From Thermoproteota archaeon (GTDB lineage Archaea > Thermoproteota > Bathyarchaeia > RBG-16-48-13 > GCA-020355125): a DNA stretch of 15,298 nucleotides. The notes beneath the pieces are model-generated. The model was not told the origin of the DNA and searched no databases. It saw nothing but the letters and a program-made list of their open reading frames with translations. The position numbers and the translations under genes were made by a program. Shown piece by piece: positions 8,524-15,298 of this stretch (position 1 is the stretch's first letter; every line of letters starts with the position of its first letter). The stretch lies in the NCBI GenBank assembly GCA_030837285.1, contig JAUPKU010000165.1, forward strand, positions 1 through 15,298. The letters are read 5' to 3'.

Positions 8524-8533
8524 TACGCGCGCT
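8524..8533 (-). promoter_or_regulatory. GC-rich motif copy C (TACGCGCGCT, identical 10-mer to copy B), flanked by direct repeats AGACCAAA (8511-8518 and 8543-8550)
   Basis: Exact 10-mer shared with 6177-6186. It lies 71 nt upstream of a possible 40-codon minus-strand ORF (8334..8456). Confidence 0.3.
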
Positions 8534-8735
8534 CTGCTCTTTAGACCAAATAATTTCCTTATCCGTTTTCATATTCGCCACCAGTACACATCGTTTCCTC
8601 ATTTAGAGCATTTGACCGCGATTGTTTCTCTGTCAATCTCTCCCTTCAAGAGCGTTATCTGAGCATACTTCTAGGATCATAAAAAAGATTATTATGTGCT
8701 TGATTGTCAGCCCAAGTATTTCCAGAACACTACAG

Positions 8736-10619
8736 CTAGAAGCTAGCTAACTTAGTTGAAATGAATTCTATATAGACAGCGAGGGCGAACTTTAGCATGT
8801 TCAGCGTTCCCTGTATATCGCCTTTAGTTAATGGCTTCAAGACTTGATATATATAGTTTTGGACAAAACCATTCAACAATTTGGAAGAAGAACTGTTGTG
8901 ACCATTAAAGTGGTTGGAATTGAAATCTAGGTCAAGATTTACTGTCGCTTTATCCTGTTTGCCCGATATGATTCTTATGTATTCTACTGTGTTTCTTGTT
9001 GTTTCCATGATGAAACTGGTAAGAGGTCTGTTCTCATATCTTATAGTTAATTGGATTGTTTGTGGACCCAATATAGCAAGAAATCTTGACATATCTATGA
9101 CTCGATGTATTCCTAATTTCCTTGTGTTTTCTTCAACACGGGAATCTGCCATTGCTCCTACAAAAACTTTAAAATGAGTAATCATACTCTCGGATGATAC
9201 TTGTTGAGTAAAGCCTGCTTTAGCTAGAAACATCAACTCAGCAATTCTATTTGCTACAAAACCGGGTAACGACATCTTTTCAATGCCCCTCTTCTGTTCG
9301 ACTGCAAGCCTGTTAACGAAGGTGTCAGGCGTCCAAAACTTTCCTAAACAATGAGTTCTCAATTCCTCAATTCGTTGTTTGTTTATTTCAGATAATTTAA
9401 ATACAGAACTGTTTTCATCGTATTTAGCCCAATTGCGTTCAAAAATTAAACCCTCTCTTTCCAGAGAAGTGTAGAATTCAGTTCCTGGAAATGGTGTTGC
9501 AATACCAAACGTCGCGCTCATCAAGCCTATTTCCTTAGCGAAAGTGGGAAAGTATTTTATCTCTTCTTCGGTTTGATCAGGCAAACCTATTACAAAAGTG
9601 CCTGCGGCGACACCCCCGAATTCTCGGATTAATTGTATGGCATTTTTTTGTATTTCAGTTGTTATCCCTTTCCTCGTTGTATTCAGATCTTTCAGACTAG
9701 GACTTTCTATTCCCATACAGAAATGAATAATGTTATTATCACACATCTTTTTAATGACTTTCGGATGTCTAACCATTGAATCTGCTCGAACCATGGCTTG
9801 AAACACAATATCAAGTTTTAATTCACTTAATAAATCACATAGACGGTCGACTCTCTTGGCGTCACCCATGAAATTTGGGTCTCCTATGAGGATACTCAAG
9901 GGTTTCCTTTCATGGATCACATTATAGATCTGCTCAATTTCTTTTATCACGTTTTCTGGAGAACGAAAACGTTGACGACCTCTGCTCATACATGGTTCAC
10001 AACAGAAAGTGCAGCGTCCCCAGCACCCACGAGATGTATGAATCTCATCTACCAATCTACCCTTTAAAATAGGACTAACGTATTTATGCCGTCTAAGATG
10101 TCGTGCAGGAAAGGGAAGTGTATCTAAGTCTTCGATCAATGGGCGATCAGGGTTATGAATCACATTACCGTTCTCTTTGTAAGAAATACCTAAAACGCCT
10201 TCAGGAGAACCCCTCTGAATCAACTCCCGCATTGTTAATTCTCCTTCGCCACGAACAACCATGTCAACTTGCTTATGTGAAAGCAATTCATCAGGTATAG
10301 CAGTTGGGTGATAGCCTCCCAACACCGTCATAATTCCCATATTTTTTGCGGCTAAAGCAATACTCAAACCATTTTGATGTTCAGTAGCCGACATTGAGAT
10401 TCCCACTAAATCGGGACTAAACGACTCAAGGAACTGCGGAAGCGAATTGCGTCTTTCGTGTAACATATCTAGCATATTTACCTCATCGACGACATCTTCA
10501 ATCGACGCTGCGATGTATTCTAAGCCTATAGGAATTAAAGCCAAAGCAAACCCTATTCCCGTTCTTCCTTCTGGTTTAACCAGCAAAATTCTCCTAAATG
10601 TCGTTTCCATCACATCCAA
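8736..10619 (-). CDS. B12-binding-domain radical SAM protein (class B rSAM) with ~240-aa uncharacterised C-terminal extension
   Basis: 627 aa. The N-terminal cobalamin-binding-like region ('ILLVKPEG...IGLEYIAASIED...LVGISMSATEH...VLGGYHPT') is followed by the radical SAM cluster motif 'SRGCWGRCTFCCEP' (CxxxCxxC). About 240 residues at the C-terminus have no obvious motif. The track start is TTG at 10619. An in-frame ATG at 10610 (METTFRR...) is a plausible true start. Confidence 0.85.
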   Translation of the reverse strand: MDVMETTFRRILLVKPEGRTGIGFALALIPIGLEYIAASIEDVVDEVNMLDMLHERRNSLPQFLESFSPDLVGISMSATEHQNGLSIALAAKNMGIMTVLGGYHPTAIPDELLSHKQVDMVVRGEGELTMRELIQRGSPEGVLGISYKENGNVIHNPDRPLIEDLDTLPFPARHLRRHKYVSPILKGRLVDEIHTSRGCWGRCTFCCEPCMSRGRQRFRSPENVIKEIEQIYNVIHERKPLSILIGDPNFMGDAKRVDRLCDLLSELKLDIVFQAMVRADSMVRHPKVIKKMCDNNIIHFCMGIESPSLKDLNTTRKGITTEIQKNAIQLIREFGGVAAGTFVIGLPDQTEEEIKYFPTFAKEIGLMSATFGIATPFPGTEFYTSLEREGLIFERNWAKYDENSSVFKLSEINKQRIEELRTHCLGKFWTPDTFVNRLAVEQKRGIEKMSLPGFVANRIAELMFLAKAGFTQQVSSESMITHFKVFVGAMADSRVEENTRKLGIHRVIDMSRFLAILGPQTIQLTIRYENRPLTSFIMETTRNTVEYIRIISGKQDKATVNLDLDFNSNHFNGHNSSSSKLLNGFVQNYIYQVLKPLTKGDIQGTLNMLKFALAVYIEFISTKLASF

Positions 10620-11033
10620 TAGTTGTGTTTTAGGCAGTTGTGTAACCTTACGTCTTATCCACCAAATTTTTCCCTACGCTTAATCGACCATATTGAGAAG
10701 ACAGTACATAGCTTCTCTTCGATGCTTTGGACGGGTTTTAAACCTCCACTAGACCCAAAAATGCTCATTTTAGTTGAATCTAGCGCGCAGGCGCACCAAC
10801 TTAACATGAGGTCTTCCTTAATATGCACTCTTTTCTTAAACTTTCCTCATCTTTCCCTAGAAAAACTGTTCTTAAAGCAGCCAGCAGAAGAGATCAATCA
10901 CGATATCTCAAATATATTGGCCCATCTAAACTGTCTTGCATTTTTGCGCTTCGAAGTCGCTCCGCTCCAGCTCATTATATCTCTCCCGAACTCCTCCACC
11001 CCGTTCTTGTTGCTTATTGGAGTTCTTAGGCAA

Positions 11034-11060
11034 GAGGGAAGAATCCCTCGCCCTCTAAGG
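11034..11060. other. Hairpin GAGGGA-AGAA-TCCCTC (11034-11049) plus conserved TCCCTCGCCCTCTAAG element downstream of Rep1
   Basis: Perfect 6-bp stem. The element recurs as TCCCTCAC-TCTAAG downstream of Rep2 at 15025-15038. Confidence 0.3.
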
Positions 11061-11144
11061 ACATTTTTCGGAAGACCCCCGCGAAGGTCACTTCCTGACC
11101 GCCCTCACACCCCAAAAAATGTTAACGACGATATAGTGAAAGCT

Positions 11145-12051
11145 TCACGTCAAGATCTCATTGAGGACTTCTCTATCAATAATCGTTTTCCTCCATTCAT
11201 TATGCGTTATTCCCAACTTTTCAGCGGAGAAAATCCCGATAAACACCCATTGTAATATTAAGATCAACTTCTTCTCCCATCAGATTCATTTGAAACAGCT
11301 GTCTATGATTAATCGTGACTTCAATAATCTCTTCCATGTCTCCGCTAATTGCGAAGGATCTTTTTCTAAAGAGCCAGCACAATGCAAGAGTCAGAACCTG
11401 AGTCTGCGACTCATTCCTTGTCTTTGTCAAATACTTTGTGACGTATCTTACGCCTTCTCTGAATTTCCTAATTGCCTGTACATCAACAAAACTGTCCCAC
11501 GACTTCCTAAATTCTTGATATTCGAGAATCCTTTATTTTCCTCTAATCTGTGTAACTTCGAATTCATAATCATGAAAGATAATTAGGATGTGGATGTGCG
11601 GATAACCTTTTTTCGAGGCTTCTAAAGTACGAAAATAAGAAATCCGCCCATATTTTTTACGTAGATTTCTAATCCACTTGTTGAAGTCTTCACCTTCTAT
11701 CTTACAAGCTTCACGAATAGTTGCAAGTTTTGTATCACGGGTGAGCGTAACAAACAAAACATTGGATAATTTTATATTACTATGCGGATCAAACAGAGTC
11801 TGTTCCTTTAGATCATACAATTTCTTGATACGTTCCCACACACGCCACCAGTAGACATCATTACTCCACTTACAACATTTTACCGCGATAGTTTCTTTAT
11901 CAATCTCACCAATTATTCGCAGGTTATCGGATTGTTTCTGTACTACAATGTATTCGTTGTAGTCTCTCCATTCAAGATAGAATTTTTCCAGCCCCTCAAG
12001 ATCAGGATCTCTATCGCTATATCCTAGAAAATGAGTTCTAGCATACGCCAA
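11145..12051 (-). pseudogene. Disrupted HUH rolling-circle replication initiator / Y2-type relaxase-like Rep gene (phiX174/pC194/IS91 superfamily). It carries one in-frame TAA and one frameshift.
   Basis: Track ORF 11533..12051 carries motif I 'VLFVTLTRD' and HUH motif II 'GYPHIHILIIF'. After an in-frame TAA at 11533-11535 the same frame continues without interruption: '...RKFREGVRYVTKYLTKT' supplies a two-tyrosine motif III (Y-x-x-K-Y), and the frame runs directly into track ORF 11221..11430. (12051-11221+1)=831 is divisible by 3, so both ORFs share one frame. The C-terminal ~30 residues are recovered only after a frame change near 11225-11250, when compared with the intact paralogue at 15089-15292. 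Confidence 0.65.
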
Positions 12052-12333
12052 TCGAGGTTATGTTTCTTATTGTAAAGTTCTTTTGTAAGCTCATCTTGTA
12101 AGGACAATTTCTGGGCATTTAGCTAATCGCCCAAACTTCACAGCAAACAATTGGCTAGTCAAGAAAAAGAGGGATGAGTATATGAAACTCTAGAATATGG
12201 TAGGAGGTTATCCCACATCAATGTCGAATTATCGTTTTCATCCTTTTTCGCGCATGCTCTTGGTGGAAAGTTTCTTGAGCTTAAACATGAGGATGGGGCT
12301 GCAATCTCATAGTGACAAGCGTACACTGTTAAA

Positions 12334-12894
12334 TCAAGCTTGGATGGCTTTTGTAACAAGTTCTCGAGCCCACTTTCGTATCTCATTCCAATCTCGTAGC
12401 TCATATACTCCAGGTTGTACCTCCTGAAAACCATCTTTCTCTAATTGAGGCTTGAGGAAGCTCATGGTTCTCCGCATGATAAAGTTCATCTTGTTGAAGT
12501 CTAATACTCCTCCAAAAAATCCCAGCGCAATCGGTTGCAGATTGTACTTTGACACTTTATATTCTAAGGATACTTTCCGCATATTTGCAACATCCTCTGT
12601 TTTTCCCTCACGTTCTGACACGGACTTCATAGTCGAGACAAACAAAGCCAGCTTCTTATCGGCGAACTCCTTGTGAAACTTTGCTAAAAAATTCTCTGCT
12701 TCATTCGTCCACTTTCCCATCTGCATGCCACTACCGACGATAATAAGGTCGTATTCAGAGATACTCGTGATTTTCTCTTCTTTCGTATCAACAACCTTGA
12801 CATCTATACCTTCTTCTCGGAGCACTTTGGCAATTTCCTCAGAACTACTAGCTGTCGCCCCGTAACGTGTAGCATACGCAATGAGAGCCTTCAT
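12334..12894 (-). CDS. Flavodoxin-like domain protein (HemG/flavodoxin_5-like)
   Basis: 186 aa with an ATG start. 'MKALIAYATRYGATASSSEEIAKVL' plus '...DLIIVGSGMQMGKW' match the flavodoxin-like fold signature of short HemG-type flavodoxins. A Shine-Dalgarno-like AGAGGAA lies upstream. Confidence 0.65.
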   Translation of the reverse strand: MKALIAYATRYGATASSSEEIAKVLREEGIDVKVVDTKEEKITSISEYDLIIVGSGMQMGKWTNEAENFLAKFHKEFADKKLALFVSTMKSVSEREGKTEDVANMRKVSLEYKVSKYNLQPIALGFFGGVLDFNKMNFIMRRTMSFLKPQLEKDGFQEVQPGVYELRDWNEIRKWARELVTKAIQA

Positions 12895-12935
12895 CTTTGA
12901 CCTATTCCTCTCTATTTTGTAAAACGTTGAAATGG

Positions 12936-13259
12936 TTAAAATCGTTTTCTTATTTCCAAGTAATAGAGAAACAGATCTTTTACCCAGTTAAGGAACGTAG
13001 GATCGCTTCCGATGAAACCAGCGTAGTCTATTCGTCCATCGAGAAACCGTAAAAATAATTCAGCCTCTTTTTCAGTGAGGGCAAATATTACTAGGCAGTT
13101 GGAAAAAGTCCTATTTTCAAAGTTGGCCAAAATCACTTGCAGTTGAGGAGAAAGAATCCTATATTCGACGCCTTTTGGAATTCGTTTAGCTATTTCCTCA
13201 AAGGTTTGAAGGAGTGTTTCAGGAGAAAACTCCCCAGATATACTGCTTAGCTTCTCCAA
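12936..13259 (-). CDS. Hypothetical protein (107 aa) in an operon-like arrangement between the AhpD-like and flavodoxin-like genes
   Basis: ORF from the track. A 15-nt gap separates it from the upstream gene and a 41-nt gap from the downstream gene, all on the same strand. No recognisable motif. The apparent start is TTG. Confidence 0.45.
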   Translation of the reverse strand: MEKLSSISGEFSPETLLQTFEEIAKRIPKGVEYRILSPQLQVILANFENRTFSNCLVIFALTEKEAELFLRFLDGRIDYAGFIGSDPTFLNWVKDLFLYYLEIRKRF

Positions 13260-13274
13260 TTAATGGTGTATTCT

Positions 13275-13676
13275 TTAATGTTTGGCTTTCTCGGTCATGT
13301 ACTGTGCTGCTTTGTCGAATTGTTTCTTGAAGGCTTCAAGGTCAATGCCGCTTACATGAAGTATTGAGCTCCATCCCGTAGTGAATCTCGTCAAGAACGC
13401 CAACTCAGCTATCTCCGCATCGGTTGCTCCGTTCATCTTAGCTGCCTTCGTGTGGAAGTATATGCAGTATGGACATTTTATCGATGCAGCAACCGCCAGG
13501 CCGATGAGCTCCCTGTACTTCGCTGGAATTTTCGTCTCTCCGAAGGAATATTCCTTCATCTCTACCCACTCATGTGGCAGAGTATCGGGTGGGATAGACT
13601 TAAACTGATCCAATACCAGTCCCATAGTCTTCTTAATCTCTTCCAAACTATTTTCATATTCTCCCATTTCATTCAA
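13275..13676 (-). CDS. Carboxymuconolactone decarboxylase (CMD)/AhpD-like family protein
   Basis: 133 aa. 'CPYCIYFH' matches the AhpD/CMD catalytic signature CxxCxxxH. Size and helical character fit the family. The apparent start is TTG. Confidence 0.7.
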   Translation of the reverse strand: MNEMGEYENSLEEIKKTMGLVLDQFKSIPPDTLPHEWVEMKEYSFGETKIPAKYRELIGLAVAASIKCPYCIYFHTKAAKMNGATDAEIAELAFLTRFTTGWSSILHVSGIDLEAFKKQFDKAAQYMTEKAKH

Positions 13677-13746
13677 CTTCTTTTTTTTGAATCTCGATAT
13701 TCTTTGCTTCTATTTTAAAGAAAAGATATGAAACATCATAAACATA

Positions 13747-13770
13747 TGTTGTTGTAGCCCTACAACAACA
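13747..13770. other. Perfect 10-bp stem / 4-nt loop hairpin (TGTTGTTGTA-GCCC-TACAACAACA) between the CDF and AhpD-like genes
   Basis: Read directly. It lies 217 nt downstream of the CDF stop and 71-94 nt upstream of the AhpD-like start. On the minus strand it is followed by a T-rich sequence. It could be a terminator for the CDF gene or an operator for the AhpD-like operon. Confidence 0.3.
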
Positions 13771-13986
13771 GGTCAACAAAACCTTAAGAATAGCGTTGGG
13801 AGCTGAGCGGAAGCGAAGCGACCTGAGACCTAAGTTTACGAAAAATCCATGACTTCAATTAGCGCGAACTAACAAAAAGCCAAAAGAATGGATTTTGAAG
13901 TATGATATTCTGGGAAATGAACTTGAAGGGTATGCAAAGGAACTGGGATTGATTATTGACAAAGTATGAAATGCTTAAAGAGTGCG

Positions 13987-14838
13987 CTATTCTTTTGGTT
14001 CGATGTGTATTGTTAATCGTATTGCCGGTAATTCTTCTCTTAATTCTTCTTGAAGATGATCTGTTAAGTCATGTGCTTCTTTTACACTCAGATAACTATC
14101 AACAATAAGATGCATCTCAGCGAAAATCTGATTCCCATGTCTGCGAGTCCTCAAATTATGAAAATCTATAATTTTTGATTTGTGACGATGCAGCACTTCA
14201 CAAATCTTCTCTTCCTCCTTCTCACAGTATTCATCCATTAGATGACTTGAAGACTTCAGAACTAGTTTCAATCCCATTCGAGCAATTAGAATTGAAACCG
14301 CAAATGCTAGAAGAGAATCCATAAATCCCCACGCCGTCAATTGTACAACAAAAAGTCCAACCCATACGCCAGCAGACGATATAACATCAGATAAGAGATG
14401 TTTTGAGTCACCTTCAAGTGCAGAAGAACCACTCTTTAAAGCAACGCTTCTCAAGAACCATGAAAGCCCGCCATTAAAAATTGTAGCAACAATCGATACA
14501 CTGATAGCTAGATTCAATTCTAAAAGTCTCGGAGTTTCAAATAGGCGTCCAGCAGCTGTATAAACAATAAGAAATGCCGCAGCAATTATAAAGAGTCCCT
14601 CTAACATGCTCGATATCTCTTCGACCTTCTGATGACCATAATTATGATTATTATCAGCTGGTTTCTCCGATATGTACACTGAGAATAACATCAGGGTAGA
14701 TGCTGATATGTTGACAATAGATTCAAGTGCGTCAGATAGTAATGCTACTGAGTTTGAGAGGAAATAAGCCAAAAGCTTTATTCCGAAAATAGCCACACCG
14801 CCTGTAATGGCAATAAGAGCAGCCTGTTTATTTTTCAT
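13987..14838 (-). CDS. Cation diffusion facilitator (CDF) family divalent metal efflux transporter
   Basis: 283 aa with an ATG start. The N-terminal transmembrane helices carry 'LLSDALES' (TM2 metal site) and 'HLLSDVISS' (TM5). The C-terminal cytoplasmic domain is His-rich ('HRHKSKIIDFHNLRTRRHG...HLIVD'). Confidence 0.85.
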   Translation of the reverse strand: MKNKQAALIAITGGVAIFGIKLLAYFLSNSVALLSDALESIVNISASTLMLFSVYISEKPADNNHNYGHQKVEEISSMLEGLFIIAAAFLIVYTAAGRLFETPRLLELNLAISVSIVATIFNGGLSWFLRSVALKSGSSALEGDSKHLLSDVISSAGVWVGLFVVQLTAWGFMDSLLAFAVSILIARMGLKLVLKSSSHLMDEYCEKEEEKICEVLHRHKSKIIDFHNLRTRRHGNQIFAEMHLIVDSYLSVKEAHDLTDHLQEELREELPAIRLTIHIEPKE

Positions 14839-15000
14839 AGAAGCTAACAGCAGATATTCCCAAGCTTTTAGGTGTTTCTACTCTGCACGCTATAAGTTGA
14901 CATCTTATAGATAATAGCATTTTTTCCAATAGGTTTTTAGCAATACTAACTTTGCGATTTCTATAATTCGGTCGCGCTTTACGCTATGATATTAGGGGTT

Positions 15001-15043
15001 GGAAACCTTAGGTTTCCCCTCTACTCCCTCACTCTAAGTGAGG
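15001..15043. other. Two adjacent perfect hairpins downstream of Rep2: GGAAACC-TTA-GGTTTCC (15001-15017) and CCTCACT-CTA-AGTGAGG (15027-15043)
   Basis: Both are 7-bp stems with 3-nt loops, read directly. They lie 46-88 nt downstream of the Rep2 stop. Candidate origin or terminus structures of the rolling-circle element. Confidence 0.3.
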
Positions 15044-15088
15044 AGATTTCCACTCGTTTCCTCTAGACCAGCCTTCATCAATCGAACT

Positions 15089-15298
15089 TTAATCGCTCGC
15101 TTCGGTCAAGATTTCACTAAGAACGTTTCTGTCAGTAATCGTTTTTCTCCACTCATTACGTGTTACCCCCAGTTTTTCAGCGGAGAAGATTTCGATAAAC
15201 ACCCACCTTAGGTTAATGTTGACTTCTTCTCCCATCAAGTTGGTTTGAATCAATTGTCTATGATTAATTGAGATCTCAATAATTTCTTCCATATCTCT
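15089..15298 (-). CDS. C-terminal fragment of a second, apparently intact HUH Rep paralogue. The gene continues beyond the window edge.
   Basis: Track ORF 15089..15292 'MEEIIEISINHRQLIQTNLMGEEVNINLRWVFIEIFSAEKLGVTRNEWRKTITDRNVLSEILTEASD' is a close paralogue of the Rep1 segment 'MEEIIEVTINHRQLFQMNLMGEEVDLNI...'. Nucleotide similarity to 11150-11340 is visible by eye. Confidence 0.55.
   Translation of the reverse strand, partial: RDMEEIIEISINHRQLIQTNLMGEEVNINLRWVFIEIFSAEKLGVTRNEWRKTITDRNVLSEILTEASD

Larger units (their letters stand above)
11034..15298 (-). mobile_element. Putative rolling-circle (HUH-Rep) element-derived island: a decayed Rep copy, four cargo genes (flavodoxin-like, hypothetical, AhpD-like, CDF), and a second Rep copy at the window edge. 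Boundaries are uncertain.
   Basis: Two paralogous Rep C-termini lie in the same orientation. Hairpin-rich flanks downstream of each copy share TCCCTC(N)C(N)TCTAAG. All island genes are co-directional. Confidence 0.35.

Noticed and set aside
8730-8760. Apparent palindrome CTAGAAGCTAGCTAACTTAG near the rSAM stop
   Set aside because: Only the central AGCTAGCT is self-complementary. The flanks do not pair.
511-9177. Nested or antisense small ORFs inside larger genes (511..750, 1554..1760, 2148..2363, 3529..3807, 3638..3883, 4121..4441, 4577..4792, 5873..6085, 6816..7010, 6820..7002, 7356..7733, 7582..7764, 7746..8123, 8914..9177, 10103..10300, 10447..10683, 12197..12427, 12452..12676, 13381..13608, 13452..13718)
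   Set aside because: Each lies within or antisense to a longer ORF with recognisable family signatures. Their compositions are low-complexity or antisense-like.
10623-11255. 210-aa + strand ORF (and nested 10823..11029) in the gap between the rSAM start and the Rep1 end
   Set aside because: Leu/Pro/Ser/Arg-rich low-complexity translation with no motifs. It begins divergently at the rSAM start codon and runs antisense into the Rep C-terminus. The region is better explained as a non-coding, hairpin-rich Rep flank.
11533-11535. In-frame stop inside Rep as evidence of selenocysteine or pyrrolysine recoding, or an alternative genetic code
   Set aside because: The codon is TAA, not TGA or TAG. 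Other genes in the window terminate at TAA, TGA and TAG normally. A second lesion (a frameshift) in the same gene makes decay the simpler explanation.
11161-11586. 141-aa + strand ORF antisense to Rep1
   Set aside because: Entirely antisense to the Rep reading frame, which has strong motif support. No features of its own.
12159-12434. 91-aa minus-strand ORF overlapping the 3' end of the flavodoxin-like gene by 100 nt
   Set aside because: Out-of-frame overlap with a well-supported gene and no motif. Probably a chance ORF in the Rep1 upstream region.
13677-13986. Possible tRNA or other structured RNA gene in the 310-nt gap (a typical integration target for mobile elements)
   Set aside because: No cloverleaf-compatible segment with conserved T-loop or D-loop features could be found by eye. 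Only the simple hairpin at 13747-13770 is present.
1-15298. CRISPR array or other long tandem repeats
   Set aside because: No regularly spaced direct repeats of 24-40 nt were seen. The only recurring elements are the short GC motif, the bipartite box at 6178-6293 and the Rep paralogy.

Overview
This is a low-GC window that I read as archaeal. A DRG-type Obg GTPase with a TGS tail is an archaeal/eukaryotic marker, the Isf iron-sulfur flavoprotein has the compact Cys motif, and many genes carry apparent TTG/GTG starts. Twelve of the 13 supported genes are on the minus strand.

Positions 1-10.6 kb look like an ordinary chromosomal backbone. They hold a PP-loop (SGGxDS) ATP pyrophosphatase of unknown specificity, the DRG GTPase, Isf, a 681-aa secreted surface protein rich in N-glycosylation sequons with a C-terminal membrane anchor, and a flotillin/SPFH gene followed by a small acidic partner ORF. 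A B12-binding radical SAM enzyme with a long uncharacterised C-terminal extension sits at the end of this backbone.

Positions 10.6-15.3 kb look like a mobile-element-derived island. A HUH rolling-circle Rep gene carries motifs I, II and a two-tyrosine motif III. It is broken by one in-frame TAA and one frameshift. A second, intact-looking copy of the same Rep C-terminus runs off the 3' window edge. Between the two copies sit four co-directional cargo genes: a flavodoxin-like protein, a 107-aa hypothetical, a CMD/AhpD-like CxxCxxxH protein and a CDF metal transporter. Both Rep copies are followed by hairpin-rich non-coding flanks that share a TCCCTC...TCTAAG element.

Outside coding sequence, a GC-rich decamer (TACGCGCGCT and variants) recurs about 71-76 nt upstream of three minus-strand start codons, one of them a hypothetical small ORF. 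A fourth, variant copy lies inside a longer direct repeat in the divergent surface-protein/flotillin promoter region. A 7-bp-arm palindrome sits between the putative TATA box and the start codon of isf. A 163-nt TG-rich tract (3082-3244) has a single cytosine on the + strand. No tRNA, rRNA or CRISPR array was recognised.
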